Counted from the stretch's first letter, positions 49,622 to 60,180 are shown. The stretch is 64,000 bases of DNA from Acetobacteraceae bacterium (GCA_040399685.1 JBBART010000012.1:52673-116672); one strand, 5' to 3'. Program-made: numbers and translations. Notes: a model not told the origin generated them from the letters alone.

Positions 49622-50260
49622 TTAGTTGCTGTTCGGGTTCGGCAGGCGCGGGTCGTTGAATTCGAACATGCGTGCCGGGAAGTCGCCGCCAAGCTGGATG
49701 CTGAACAGGCTGACGCGGGTTTCCTGGCGTTGGGCGTCCATCACCGCCCATTGCCGCAGCGCCAAGGGCTGGTCGGCGAACACCAGCGTCAACGAGCCAT
49801 CAGCGGGTGAGGAGGTGCGGGTGGTGGTCACCTGAATTTGTCCAGGCAGGCGCTGGATGGCGGTGACGGTGAGATCGCCCGACAGCTTGAAGTTGTCGGC
49901 CAGCAGGATGCCGAGCGGCGTGGTGCCCAACGGCACGCTGGTGGTCTGGTTCAGCTGCTTGTCATAGAAAACCGCCGAGCCGAAGCCGGCCACCAGCAGG
50001 AACGGCGAGGGCTTGTCGTATTCGAAGCGCATCCGGCCCGGCCGTTGCAGCCAGGCGTTGCCCTCGGAGGTGGAGCCGTCCGGCGCCACCTGCAGGAAGC
50101 GCGCCTTGAGGGCTTTGAGGCTGTTGAGATACGTCTCGATCCGCGCCAGATCGGTCCGATCCTGCGCGGTGAGGGCGAGGGGTTGCAGCTTCTGCGCCCA
50201 GGCAGCCCGGGCAGCGATCGGCAGCAGCAGCGGCAGAGCCAGGAGAGTGCGACGGTTCAT
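49622..50260 (-). CDS. lolA: LolA-like outer-membrane lipoprotein carrier protein
   Basis: Signal MNRRTLLALPLLLPIAARAAWA, with FLQVAPDGSTSEGNAWLQRPGRMRFEY typical of LolA-family proteins. Confidence 0.7.
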   Translation of the reverse strand: MNRRTLLALPLLLPIAARAAWAQKLQPLALTAQDRTDLARIETYLNSLKALKARFLQVAPDGSTSEGNAWLQRPGRMRFEYDKPSPFLLVAGFGSAVFYDKQLNQTTSVPLGTTPLGILLADNFKLSGDLTVTAIQRLPGQIQVTTTRTSSPADGSLTLVFADQPLALRQWAVMDAQRQETRVSLFSIQLGGDFPARMFEFNDPRLPNPNSN

Positions 50261-50317
50261 GTTCGCAGATGTGGCACCGGCGGGTGGCGAATCAAAGATG
50301 CCTTATGCTGATGGGCG

Positions 50318-51535
50318 TTATTCGGCTGGCGCCGGAGCACCCCAGAGCTCTGGCTCCAACTCCTCCCGCCGATCGGGGAAGAACATCGCGCACCCCAGCG
50401 TGATCACCGCGAACGCCGCCAGCACCAGAACGGCGGCGGCCAGCGTGCCGGTGCGCTCGTGCAGGAAGCTGACAACGGGGGCGGCGGCGGCGCTGCCCAA
50501 AAAGCCCACGAAGAAGCGCACCGAATACATGCGGGTGCGCAGGGCGGGGGAGATATAGCGCGCCGTCATCGTCTCGTTCACCGTCACCTGGCCGAACAAA
50601 ACAGCCGCCACCAGCCCGGCCACCGGCACCACCATCCAGCCGTGCACGAAGGCCAACGCCACCAGGGCGGGGGCCAGCACCATGGCCATCGGCAGGAACA
50701 CACTGCGCAAGGTGCTGCGGTCGATCATGCGGCCCACCGTCAGTTGCGTGGCGCCGCCGCAGATGGTGGCCACGAACGCGGCGGCGCCCACCAGCGGCAG
50801 CAACTGCGGATCATCCGCCAGCCGCTCCTGCATCAGCTTGGGCAGCAGCAGCGTGAAGGCGTTGAACACCAGTCCGGACACGGCGGCGATGAGCAGAAGC
50901 ACCACCACGGCGCGGCGGACGATGGCGGGCGGGATGGTGGGGAAGTTGCGGGCGAAGCGCAGGGCCTGCGGGTCATGCGCCGGCACCCGTATCCAGAACA
51001 GGCCAAGGATCGCGCACAGCACGCCCGGCACCACGAACGCCCAGTGCCAGTCACCTTGTGCGGCCAGGAACGCGGTGATGACGGGCGCCAGCGCCACGCC
51101 CAGATTGCCGCACACGCCGTTCAGGCCAATGGCCCGGCCCGGCTTGTCGCCGGCGGCCTCCACCAGCATGGCGGTGCCGATCGGATGATAGATGGCGGCA
51201 AAGAACCCGGTGGCGGCGAGGGCGAGGGCCAGCATGTTCGGCGTGTTGGCCACCCCTGTCGCGGCCATCGACAGGCCGGTGCCGAGGAAGAACGCACTCA
51301 TCAGGTTCTTGCGGCCGATGCGCGCCGCGATCCAGCCTTGCGGCAGCGAGAACAGGCCGTAGAGCACGAACATGCCCGTCGCCAGCGCCAGGATGGGGCC
51401 GTATTCGGTGCCGAACGCCCCGCCTTGCCGCACGATGGCCAGCACCGCCGTCGGCAGGATCAGCAGGCAGTAATGGGTGAATCCGTGGGCGGCGTTGATG
51501 AAGGCGATCTGGCGGCCGGCGGGGGAGAGGGTCAT
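50318..51535 (-). CDS. MFS transporter
   Basis: 405 aa with about 12 hydrophobic helices and the loop motif GWIAARIGRKN (MFS motif A-like). ATGA overlap with the upstream reductase gene. Confidence 0.85.
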   Translation of the reverse strand: MTLSPAGRQIAFINAAHGFTHYCLLILPTAVLAIVRQGGAFGTEYGPILALATGMFVLYGLFSLPQGWIAARIGRKNLMSAFFLGTGLSMAATGVANTPNMLALALAATGFFAAIYHPIGTAMLVEAAGDKPGRAIGLNGVCGNLGVALAPVITAFLAAQGDWHWAFVVPGVLCAILGLFWIRVPAHDPQALRFARNFPTIPPAIVRRAVVVLLLIAAVSGLVFNAFTLLLPKLMQERLADDPQLLPLVGAAAFVATICGGATQLTVGRMIDRSTLRSVFLPMAMVLAPALVALAFVHGWMVVPVAGLVAAVLFGQVTVNETMTARYISPALRTRMYSVRFFVGFLGSAAAAPVVSFLHERTGTLAAAVLVLAAFAVITLGCAMFFPDRREELEPELWGAPAPAE

Positions 51536-52557
51536 GGCACGCCTTTGCTGGTACTGTATTCAAAGTGCAGCGCCACATCCGGATGGACAATCGGATGGAT
51601 GGCGTGCGCGGCCATGGCGGCCTCGCTGAAGCCTTGCAAGATCAGCTTCAGCTTGCCGGGATAGGTTGCGATGTCGCCGATGGCGAAGATGCCGCGCGTG
51701 CTGGTCTCGCAGGTGGCGGCGGTGACGGTGATGTGGCTGCGGTACAGATCCAGCCCCCAGGTGGCGATTGGGCCGAGATCCATCGACAGCCCAAAGAACG
51801 GCAGCAGCACATCGGCCGGCAGGTGCTTGGTCTTGCCGTCCAGATCCGCGACCTCGACCGATTCCAGCACGCCGTCCGCACCGTGCAGCCCGTGCAGCTG
51901 ATAGGGGATGACCATCTCGATTTCGCCGGCCTTGGCCGCCGCATCAAGCTGGGCCGCTGTTTCAGGTGCCGCCCGGAACTTGGCGCGGCGATGCACCACC
52001 TGGATGCTGGCGGCAATTCCGCGCAGACCAAGTGCCCAATCCACGGCTGAGTCGCCGCCACCGGCGATCACCACGCGCTTGCCCCGGAAATCCTCGCGGC
52101 GACGCACATAATATTGAATGGCGCCGGTGGCCTCGAACGCCGGCAGCCCTTCCAAAGGTGGCCGGTTGGGGCCGAACGCGCCGGCGCCGGCGGCGATGAT
52201 GATGACCTTGGCCTGAATCCGGTCGCCCTGGTCGGTGGTGAGGATGAACGCGCCGGGCTGGCCCGACAGCGTTTCCACCCGCCGCCCCAGCAGGCGCGGC
52301 ACGGCGAACGGCGCGATCTGGCGTTCCAGATTGGCGATCAGCTCACCGGCCTCGATCGCCGGGTGCGCCGGGATGTCGTAGATCGGTTTTTCCGGATACA
52401 GCGCCGAGCATTGCCCGCCGACCTCGCCCAACGTGTCGATCAGCAGGCTCGACAGTTTGAGCATGCCGCATTCAAAGGCCGCGAACAGCCCCACAGGTCC
52501 GGCGCCGATGATGGCGACGTCGGTGATATGGATCGAGTGCTTGATGTGTTCGTTCAT
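51532..52557 (-). CDS. thioredoxin-reductase-like ferredoxin--NADP(+) reductase
   Basis: Motifs DVAIIGAGPVGLFAA, GGQCSALYPEKPIYDIP, VVIAGGGDSAVDWA and IFAIGD. Confidence 0.85.
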   Translation of the reverse strand: MNEHIKHSIHITDVAIIGAGPVGLFAAFECGMLKLSSLLIDTLGEVGGQCSALYPEKPIYDIPAHPAIEAGELIANLERQIAPFAVPRLLGRRVETLSGQPGAFILTTDQGDRIQAKVIIIAAGAGAFGPNRPPLEGLPAFEATGAIQYYVRRREDFRGKRVVIAGGGDSAVDWALGLRGIAASIQVVHRRAKFRAAPETAAQLDAAAKAGEIEMVIPYQLHGLHGADGVLESVEVADLDGKTKHLPADVLLPFFGLSMDLGPIATWGLDLYRSHITVTAATCETSTRGIFAIGDIATYPGKLKLILQGFSEAAMAAHAIHPIVHPDVALHFEYSTSKGVP

Positions 52558-52635
52558 GTGACAAAATTAGCCGCATGCCGCGCCATGACAAGCGCCAGCT
52601 TGTCGGGGCACGGTCTGCTGCGGCACATTGGGGGC

Positions 52636-53067
52636 ATGCCTGACATTCATTTGCCTGACCTTCCCGCCACGCAGGCCTTCGCCGCCCGTCTGGCAGCCCG
52701 TGTTCGTCCCGGCGATGCGATTTTGCTCGAAGGCCCGCTCGGCGCCGGAAAAACCGCCTTTGCCCGCGCCTTCCTGCGCGCTGTGAGCGGAAATTCGGGT
52801 CTGGACGTGCCAAGCCCCAGCTATACCCTGGTGCAGAGCTACGACACGCCGCTCGGCCCCGTTCACCATTTCGATCTTTGGCGGCTGGACGGCCCGGATT
52901 CCGTAACGGAGCTGGGATGGGATGAACTGGTTCGTGATATCGTGCTGGTGGAATGGCCGGATCGGCTGGGCGATCTGCGCCCGTCCCCGGCGCTGGAAAT
53001 CGTGCTCACGCCGCAGGAAGGCGATGCACGCACTGCAACTCTGACAGGCTGGGATGATCGGCTATGA
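52636..53067 (+). CDS. tsaE: tRNA t6A37 biosynthesis ATPase TsaE
   Basis: LLEGPLGAGKTAFARAF P-loop, SPSYTLVQ and HFDLWRL blocks. An alternative start is at 52585. Confidence 0.8.
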   Translation: MPDIHLPDLPATQAFAARLAARVRPGDAILLEGPLGAGKTAFARAFLRAVSGNSGLDVPSPSYTLVQSYDTPLGPVHHFDLWRLDGPDSVTELGWDELVRDIVLVEWPDRLGDLRPSPALEIVLTPQEGDARTATLTGWDDRL

Positions 53068-53789
53068 TGACGCGTCACGCCATGCTGCTGGCCGCGGGCC
53101 TCGGCACCCGCATGCGACCGCTGACGGCAGAGACGGCCAAGCCGTTGCTGCCGCTGGGCGGGCGCACGTTGCTCGATCACGCGCTGGACCGCCTGCGCGA
53201 CGCCGGGGTGGCGGACGTGGTGGTGAACGTGCATTGGCAGGCAGAGCGGGTGACGGAGCATCTCCGCCAGCGCAAAGGCGGGCCACGCATCAAGATCCGC
53301 CCTGAGCATGATCTGCTGGAAACCGGCGGGGCCGTGCGCGCCGCGTTGGGCGATCTGGGGCCCAACCCGTTCTTCGTGGTCAATGGCGACACGGTCTGGC
53401 TCGATGGCCCCACCCCCACGCTGGACCGCCTCGACGATGCGTGGTCCGACGATGTGGACGTGCTGCTGCTGCTGGCGCGCACGTTCCAGGTGCACGCCGA
53501 AGTGGGGCGCGGCGATTTCGCGCTGGACCCGCTGGGCGTGGTGCGGCGGCCGGAGGAGCTGGAGATCGTGCCATATGTCTATGCCGGCATTCAGCTCGTT
53601 CGCCCGGAGATGCTCCAGGACACGCCGGCCGGCCCGTTCAGCATGAACCTGATCTGGGACCGCGCCCTCGCCGCCGGCCGCCTGCGCGCGATCGTGCATG
53701 ACGGATTGTGGTTTCATCTCAGCACGCCGGAGGACCTGGCCGAGGCCGAGTTCAACCTGCATGCCCGTGCGGTGGGCGAAAGCACATGA
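53064..53789 (+). CDS. nucleotidyltransferase family protein (MurU-like sugar-1-phosphate nucleotidyltransferase)
   Basis: LLAAGLGTRMRPLT signature. ATGA overlaps with tsaE upstream and addB downstream. Confidence 0.8.
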   Translation: MMTRHAMLLAAGLGTRMRPLTAETAKPLLPLGGRTLLDHALDRLRDAGVADVVVNVHWQAERVTEHLRQRKGGPRIKIRPEHDLLETGGAVRAALGDLGPNPFFVVNGDTVWLDGPTPTLDRLDDAWSDDVDVLLLLARTFQVHAEVGRGDFALDPLGVVRRPEELEIVPYVYAGIQLVRPEMLQDTPAGPFSMNLIWDRALAAGRLRAIVHDGLWFHLSTPEDLAEAEFNLHARAVGEST

Positions 53790-56704
53790 ACCTCGCCACC
53801 CTGCCCGCCAACGCCGATTTTCTGGAGGCGGTGGCGCGGCGGTGGCTGGCGCTTGGCATTCCACCCGGCGAAGGGCTGATCCTGCTGCCCACCCGCCGCG
53901 CCGCGCGCACGCTGGTGGATGCGTTTTTGCGTGTATCCGGCGGCGCTGCGATGCTGCTGCCGCGCATCACCGCCCTGGGCGCGCTGGATGAGGCGCCGCT
54001 GGCATTGTCCGGCGCGCTGGATTTGCCGCCTGCGGTCGAGCCCTCCATGCGGCTGGCGGCGTTGACGCGGCTGATCATGGTGCTGCCGGTGGAGGCTGGC
54101 GGCGTGGCGCGGGCCGACCAGGCCTGGGTGCTGGCCCGCGAACTGGCCAATCTGATGGATGAGGCGGAGCGCGCCGAGATCGAGGATTTCCCCGAGGCGC
54201 TCGCCAAGGTCGCCGATGGCGCGCTGGCCCAGCATTGGGACATCACGCTGCGCTTCCTCGACATCGTCACAAGGCAGTGGCCGCTGTGGCTGGAGGCGCA
54301 AGGGCTGATCAATCCGCAGGCGCGGGTGGTGCGGCTGCTGCACGCCCAGACCGAGGCGTGGCGCGACGGGCCGCCCACCACTCCGGTGTGGGTGGCTGGT
54401 GCGACCGGCGGCATCAAGGCCGTGGCGTCGTTGCTGAAAGTTGTGGCGGGTATGCCGCAAGGCATGGTGATTTTGCCGGGGCTGGAAGAAAATCCGCCCC
54501 ACGCCGTGGAGCCGTCGCATCCGCAGGCCGGATTGTTGCAATTGCTGTCCGGGATGGGTGCCACGGTCGGCGATGTCGCGCGCTGGTCTGCGCCGGCCTC
54601 ATCGCCGCAAGGCCGGGTGGAATTGCTGGACCGCGCGTTGCTGCCCGCCTCGGGCCTTGGCGCATGGCGGCAGAAGACGGGGGCGGAGACTGCCGGTCTG
54701 TATCGGCTTGAACCCGCCGACCAGCAGGAAGAAGCGGTGGCAATCGCGCTGATCCTGCGCGACACGCTGGAGGCTCCCAACGCGCGGGCCGCCTTGGTCA
54801 CGCCCGATCGCCAGCTTGCCACGCGGGTGGCCGCCGAGTTGCTGCGCTGGGGCGTGGTGGCCGATGACAGCGCCGGCGAGCCGCTGGCCCAGGCGCCGCC
54901 GGCGGTGTTCCTGCGCATCATCGCCGAGGTGGTGTCCACGGGGTTGGCGCCGGTGGCGTTGCTGGCGCTGTTGAAGCACCCGTTGGCGGCGCTCGGCATG
55001 AAACCGGTCGATTGCCGCGTCGCTGCCCGTCAGTTGGAGATTTTGTGCCTGCGCGGTCCGCGTCCGCAGCCGGGGATCGCCGGATTGCGCATGGCAGCCG
55101 AGAAATCGCCCCCGGCCACCGCATTCATCGCTCGCGTCGAGACCTGCCTCGAACCGCTGCTGCGCCTGTTCGCCAATGCCGGCCCGCTGGCCCCGGCGGA
55201 CATGCTGGCCGCCCTGATCGAAACCGGCGAAGCGTTTGCGGCCACCGACGACACCCCCGGCCCGGCCCGGCTGTGGGCGCATGAGGAAGGCGAGGCGCTG
55301 GCCCAAACCCTTGCGACCGCGCTGGGCGCGCTCTCGCTGCTGCCGGATCAGGACAAGTCGATCCTGCCCGGCTTCTTCGATGCGCTGCTGGAGGGCATTG
55401 CCGTCCGCAGCCGTCGCGCCTTGCGGGGGCGGGAGATTTCGCATGAGCATCCGCGCGTGTTCATCTGGGGCCTGCTGGAAGCCCGGCTGCAAGCGGTGGA
55501 TGTGGTGGTTCTGGGCGGTCTGGCCGAGGGAATCTGGCCCCAGGCCACTGACCCCGGCCCCTGGATGAGCCGCCCGATGCGCGCCGCCGCCGGATTGCCG
55601 AGCCCCGAGGAAGCCGTGGGCCAGGCCGCGCATGATTTCGTGATGGCCGCCTGTGCCGCCCCGATGGCCGTGCTGTCCTGCCCGCGTCGGCGCGACGGCG
55701 CACCGGCTGTTCCCGCGCGTTGGCTGGCCCGGATCGACGCGTATCTGGCCGGTCAAGGCACCGCCCTGCCCCGCCATTCCGCCGCCGCCTGGGCGCGCCA
55801 GATCGACCAGCCCGCCGGCGCGCCGCGCCCGGTGAAGCCGCCGACGCCCCGCCCACCGGTGGCGCAGCGTCCGCGCAAGCTGAGCGTGACCGAGATCGAA
55901 ACCTGGCTGGCCGACCCGTATGCCATCTATGCCCGCCACATCCTGCGCTTGCGCAAATTGCGCCCGTTGGAGGAGGCCACCGATGCGTCCGACTACGGCT
56001 CTATCGTGCATGACGGGTTTGAGATCTTCCTGGCCGCCCATGGTGCTGCCTGGACCAGCCAATCGCCCGCCGATCTGCGCGAAGCGATGAACCACGCTTT
56101 GGTGAAGGCCGGCTTGCGGCGGGCGCTGGTGGAATGGTGGGCGCCACGCCTGGCCCGCATCGCCGACTGGGCGTCCGATACCGAGAACGAGCGCCGCGCC
56201 GCCTACCCACCGGTCCATATCGGCGCGGAACTGGCGGGCAAATGGACGCTGACGTTGCCCGGCGGGTTTGAGCTGACGGGGCGTGCGGACCGGATTGAGA
56301 AACGGGCGGACGGCACCATCGCCATCATCGACTACAAGACCGGCAAGCCGCCAGGGCAGGCGGCGGTGGATACTGGCCTGTCGCCGCAATTGCCGCTTGA
56401 AGCGGCGATGGCTTCATCCGGCGGATTCGGCGATGCGTGGCAGGGATTGGCGGCGGAACTGGCCTATTGGCATGTCAGCGGCGGTTACGAGCCGGGCAAG
56501 GCGACGCTGCTCTATGGCAACGACGTCGCCAAGATCGACACGGCGGCGGTTGAGGCGCGTGACCGGCTGTGGAACCGCGTGGTGGCGTTCGACGATCCGA
56601 ACACCGCGTATCTGGCGCATCCCCATCCCGGCTTCCGACCGCGTTTTTCGGATTATGCGCAACTGGCGCGGGTGGCCGAATGGGATTTGGGAGGCGGCGA
56701 ATGA
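53786..56704 (+). CDS. addB: double-strand break repair protein AddB (alphaproteobacterial type)
   Basis: About 970 aa in the conserved position upstream of addA, with a C-terminal PD-(D/E)xK-like region (IIDYKTGKPP). Confidence 0.88.
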   Translation: MNLATLPANADFLEAVARRWLALGIPPGEGLILLPTRRAARTLVDAFLRVSGGAAMLLPRITALGALDEAPLALSGALDLPPAVEPSMRLAALTRLIMVLPVEAGGVARADQAWVLARELANLMDEAERAEIEDFPEALAKVADGALAQHWDITLRFLDIVTRQWPLWLEAQGLINPQARVVRLLHAQTEAWRDGPPTTPVWVAGATGGIKAVASLLKVVAGMPQGMVILPGLEENPPHAVEPSHPQAGLLQLLSGMGATVGDVARWSAPASSPQGRVELLDRALLPASGLGAWRQKTGAETAGLYRLEPADQQEEAVAIALILRDTLEAPNARAALVTPDRQLATRVAAELLRWGVVADDSAGEPLAQAPPAVFLRIIAEVVSTGLAPVALLALLKHPLAALGMKPVDCRVAARQLEILCLRGPRPQPGIAGLRMAAEKSPPATAFIARVETCLEPLLRLFANAGPLAPADMLAALIETGEAFAATDDTPGPARLWAHEEGEALAQTLATALGALSLLPDQDKSILPGFFDALLEGIAVRSRRALRGREISHEHPRVFIWGLLEARLQAVDVVVLGGLAEGIWPQATDPGPWMSRPMRAAAGLPSPEEAVGQAAHDFVMAACAAPMAVLSCPRRRDGAPAVPARWLARIDAYLAGQGTALPRHSAAAWARQIDQPAGAPRPVKPPTPRPPVAQRPRKLSVTEIETWLADPYAIYARHILRLRKLRPLEEATDASDYGSIVHDGFEIFLAAHGAAWTSQSPADLREAMNHALVKAGLRRALVEWWAPRLARIADWASDTENERRAAYPPVHIGAELAGKWTLTLPGGFELTGRADRIEKRADGTIAIIDYKTGKPPGQAAVDTGLSPQLPLEAAMASSGGFGDAWQGLAAELAYWHVSGGYEPGKATLLYGNDVAKIDTAAVEARDRLWNRVVAFDDPNTAYLAHPHPGFRPRFSDYAQLARVAEWDLGGGE

Positions 56705-59700
56705 ACGTGATGCAAAGCGCCCGGCAGCGCGCAAATGCCGCCCAGCTTTGTGCGTCCGATCCCGCCGTGTCGGCGTTTGTGGCGGCCTCCGCAGGCTCAG
56801 GCAAGACCAAGCTGCTGACCGACCGCCTGCTGCGGCTCATGCTGACCGGCGCCGAGCCTGCGCGCATCCAGTGCCTCACCTTCACCAAGGCCGCCGCCGC
56901 CGAAATGGCGCTGCGCCTGCAACGCAAGCTCGGCGCCTGGGTGACGATGGACGATGCGGCGCTGGATGCATCGCTGACCGAGATCGAGATCCCGATCACC
57001 GACGACACCCGCGCCACCGCCCGCGCCCTGTTCGCCCGCGTGCTGGATTTGCCGGGCGGCATGCGGATCGGCACCATCCATGCGTTTTGCCAGTCCCTGC
57101 TGCGGCGGTTTCCGCTGGAGGCGCAGCTTTCACCGCATTTCAATTTGGCGGACGAGCAGGATTCGGCCATCGCCTGGCTGGAAGCACGCGAGACGATGCT
57201 GGCCGGTGCCCACACGCCCCAACGCCGTGCAGCGTTGAGCGCATTGGCATCGCTGTCATCGCTGGAGCATTTCGGCAAGCTGGTGCAGACCTTGCAGCGC
57301 GACCGTGGCCGGCTGGAGGATATCGCTGCCTTGGGCGTGGAGCCAATGCTGGCCAAGCTGCGGCATATTCTGGGCGCCACAAATCCCGGCGACGTTTCGA
57401 TGCATGTCGACTGGGCCGGGATGGCTGATCTAAACAGGTTGTTCGCTGAAATCGCCAGCCGTGGCACGGCCGCCTCGGCCGCCAAGGCGCAACTTTTTCT
57501 TGCCTGGATGGCGAAGTCGCCGGCTGTCCGTGCCGAAAGCTGGGGTGGATGGCGGGACAAGTTCTTTACGGCGGCCGGTGAGAACCGTGCGCCGGGCGGG
57601 TTCATCCATCACACCCAGGTGAAGAGTTTCCCGGATCTTGTGGATCTGACGGCCATCGAACAGGCCCGCATCCGCCACATCGAAGACGGCTGGGCCGCCG
57701 CCAAGGTGGCCGAGCTGACAGCCGCGCTGCTGTCCCTGGCGCTGCCCGTCACGCAGGCCTACGCGCAGACCAAATCCGCCACCGGCAAGCTGGATTACGA
57801 CGACCTCATCACCCGTACCGCCCGGCTGCTGCTGAACCCGGGCGCCGCCTGGGTGCTGTACAAACTTGATGGCGGCCTGGATCATCTGTTGTTGGACGAG
57901 GTGCAGGACACCGCCCCCGCCCAGTGGGAGATCGCCGGCAGCCTGACCTCGGAATTCTTCATCGGACAGGGCGCCCAGGCCGAGACCCGCCCAGAAGTGA
58001 CCCGCACGGTGTTCGCTGTCGGTGATCGCAAGCAGTCGATCTATGGCTTCCAGGGCGCTGATCCGGACGCGTTCGAGCATTGGCGCGGCGTGCTGTCCAA
58101 GCGGGTGCGCGACTCTGGCCGCAAATGGGAAGACGTCTCACTGGACGTGTCGTTTCGCTCCACCGCCCCGGTGCTGGGGCTGGTGGATGCGGTGTTCGCC
58201 CATCCGCTGGCGGCCGATGGCGTGACGGACCACGTGCAACTGCTCCACATCGCCGACCGCGCCGAGCATGCCGGGCGGGTGGAACTATGGCCGGTGACTC
58301 CGAAGCCGGACCCCAGTTCCGCCGATCCGTGGTCCACGCCGACGCAGAACCACCAGCAATCCAGCGCCCTGCAACGTCTGGCCGACGCGTTGGCGGAATG
58401 GATTGCCGAGCAGATCGAAAGCGGATCGCATCTGGAAAGCCGCGGCCGTCCTGTCAACGCCGGCGATTTCCTTGTGCTGGTCCGCCGCCGCAACGCCTTC
58501 GCCGTGGCGCTGGTGCGGGCGCTGAAAATACGGGGCGTGAAGGTGGCGGGTCTGGACCGGATGGTGCTGACCGAACAGCCCGCCGTCGCCGACCTGATGG
58601 CGCTGTGCGACACGCTGCTGTTGCCGCAGGACGAGCTTTCCCTGGCCTGCGTGCTGACCTCGCCCCTCGGCGGGCTGACCGATGACCAGTTGATGACGCT
58701 CGCCGCCGGCCGCGTAGGCGGGCTGTGGCATGCGTTGCAGGCCCGCACCGAGCCGCAGTACGTGGCGGCGGCGCGGTTCATCGAAACCCTGCTCGGCCGC
58801 GTCGATCACACGCCGCCGCACGCCTTGTTGACCGAGGCGCTCGGCCCGCTCGGTGGCCGCGCCCGCCTGCTGGCGCGGCTGGGGCCGGAGGCTGCTGAGC
58901 CGATCGATGAATTGCTCGCCGCCAGCCTGCGCCATGCCCAGACGCATCCCCCTTCCCTGCAAGGCTTCCTGCAATGGCTGCGGCAATCCGCCGCCGAGGT
59001 GAAGCGCGAGCCGGAAGGCCCGGCCGGTGACGGGTTTGACGCAGTGCGCATCATGACGGTGCATGGCGCCAAGGGCCTGCAAGCCCCGGTGGTCATTCTG
59101 CCCGACACCACCGGCCTGCCGCCGGATGACGACACCATCTTCTGGATGCCTGACCCGGACAGCGGCACCGCCCTGCCGATCTGGACCCCGCGTGACGCGC
59201 TTCGCTGCGAGACGGCCCGCAAGCTTCGGGACGCCGCCAAATCGCGGCAGTCGGCGGAACAGAACCGCCTGCTCTATGTCGCCCTCACCCGCGCCGAGGA
59301 CCGGCTTCTGGTGTGCGGCTGGGAGATCAAGAAAGACGTGCCGGAGAGCAGTTGGTATGCCCATGTCCGGCGCGGCTTCCAAACGTTGGAAGTCGAGCCG
59401 GACGCATTCAGCGCGGTGGCGGACCCTTGGGCCGGCGACGCTTATCTGCATGAGAGCGCACAAAGCCGTGATGCCGAGCCGGAACGCCGCCTGGCCCCGC
59501 AATCCGTGGAAACCCGCCCCGCCTGGACCGGCGCTGCCCCATTCTGGCATGCCGCTCCCCCGCCGATCGAGCCGGTTCTCCCCTCGCCCCTGGCCCCCAG
59601 CCGGCCGGAAGGCGCCGGGTTGGGCAGCGTGCCGCAAGCAGAATCCCCCCTCGCCGATCGCGATCCGCAAGGCGCCCGCTTCCGGCGCGGCCAGTTGGTG

Positions 59701-60180
59701 CACACGCTGTTGCAGCATCTGCCAGACCTGCCGCCCAATGAACGGTTCGACGCCGCCTGCGCCTTCGCCGACCGCCCCGGCCAAGGCATTTCCGACCCTG
59801 TGACGCTGGCGGACGAGGTGATGGCGGTGCTGGATCACCCTGAACTGGCGCCGTTGTTCGGCCGCCAGAGCCGGGCCGAGGTGCCCCTCAGCGGCCTTGT
59901 GGCCGGGCAGGTGATCGGCGGCCTGATCGACCGGCTGGTGGTGTTGCCAGACCGCATTCTGGTGGCCGACTACAAGACCAACCGCGCCCCGCCGGCATCA
60001 GCCGCAGCAACCCCGGTGATCTATCTGCGCCAGATGGCGGCCTACCGTGCCGTGCTCAGCCAGATCTTCCCGGACCGCGATATTCACTGCATGCTGGTGT
60101 GGACAACCGGCTGCCGGGTGATGCGGCTCGAATCCGCCCTGCTTGACGGCCATGCTCCCGTTGCATCTCCCAGAGCTTGA
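56701..60180 (+). CDS. addA: double-strand break repair helicase AddA
   Basis: UvrD-type motifs ASAGSGKTKLL, LLLDEVQDT and MTVHGAKGLQAP, with a C-terminal nuclease VADYKTN. Confidence 0.92.
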   Translation: MNVMQSARQRANAAQLCASDPAVSAFVAASAGSGKTKLLTDRLLRLMLTGAEPARIQCLTFTKAAAAEMALRLQRKLGAWVTMDDAALDASLTEIEIPITDDTRATARALFARVLDLPGGMRIGTIHAFCQSLLRRFPLEAQLSPHFNLADEQDSAIAWLEARETMLAGAHTPQRRAALSALASLSSLEHFGKLVQTLQRDRGRLEDIAALGVEPMLAKLRHILGATNPGDVSMHVDWAGMADLNRLFAEIASRGTAASAAKAQLFLAWMAKSPAVRAESWGGWRDKFFTAAGENRAPGGFIHHTQVKSFPDLVDLTAIEQARIRHIEDGWAAAKVAELTAALLSLALPVTQAYAQTKSATGKLDYDDLITRTARLLLNPGAAWVLYKLDGGLDHLLLDEVQDTAPAQWEIAGSLTSEFFIGQGAQAETRPEVTRTVFAVGDRKQSIYGFQGADPDAFEHWRGVLSKRVRDSGRKWEDVSLDVSFRSTAPVLGLVDAVFAHPLAADGVTDHVQLLHIADRAEHAGRVELWPVTPKPDPSSADPWSTPTQNHQQSSALQRLADALAEWIAEQIESGSHLESRGRPVNAGDFLVLVRRRNAFAVALVRALKIRGVKVAGLDRMVLTEQPAVADLMALCDTLLLPQDELSLACVLTSPLGGLTDDQLMTLAAGRVGGLWHALQARTEPQYVAAARFIETLLGRVDHTPPHALLTEALGPLGGRARLLARLGPEAAEPIDELLAASLRHAQTHPPSLQGFLQWLRQSAAEVKREPEGPAGDGFDAVRIMTVHGAKGLQAPVVILPDTTGLPPDDDTIFWMPDPDSGTALPIWTPRDALRCETARKLRDAAKSRQSAEQNRLLYVALTRAEDRLLVCGWEIKKDVPESSWYAHVRRGFQTLEVEPDAFSAVADPWAGDAYLHESAQSRDAEPERRLAPQSVETRPAWTGAAPFWHAAPPPIEPVLPSPLAPSRPEGAGLGSVPQAESPLADRDPQGARFRRGQLVHTLLQHLPDLPPNERFDAACAFADRPGQGISDPVTLADEVMAVLDHPELAPLFGRQSRAEVPLSGLVAGQVIGGLIDRLVVLPDRILVADYKTNRAPPASAAATPVIYLRQMAAYRAVLSQIFPDRDIHCMLVWTTGCRVMRLESALLDGHAPVASPRA

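Noticed and set aside
54599-56389. 596-aa ORF on the minus strand (and the similar 58285-59838 ORF of 517 aa)
   Set aside because: These are antisense to addB and addA respectively. They are shadow ORFs in high-GC coding DNA.
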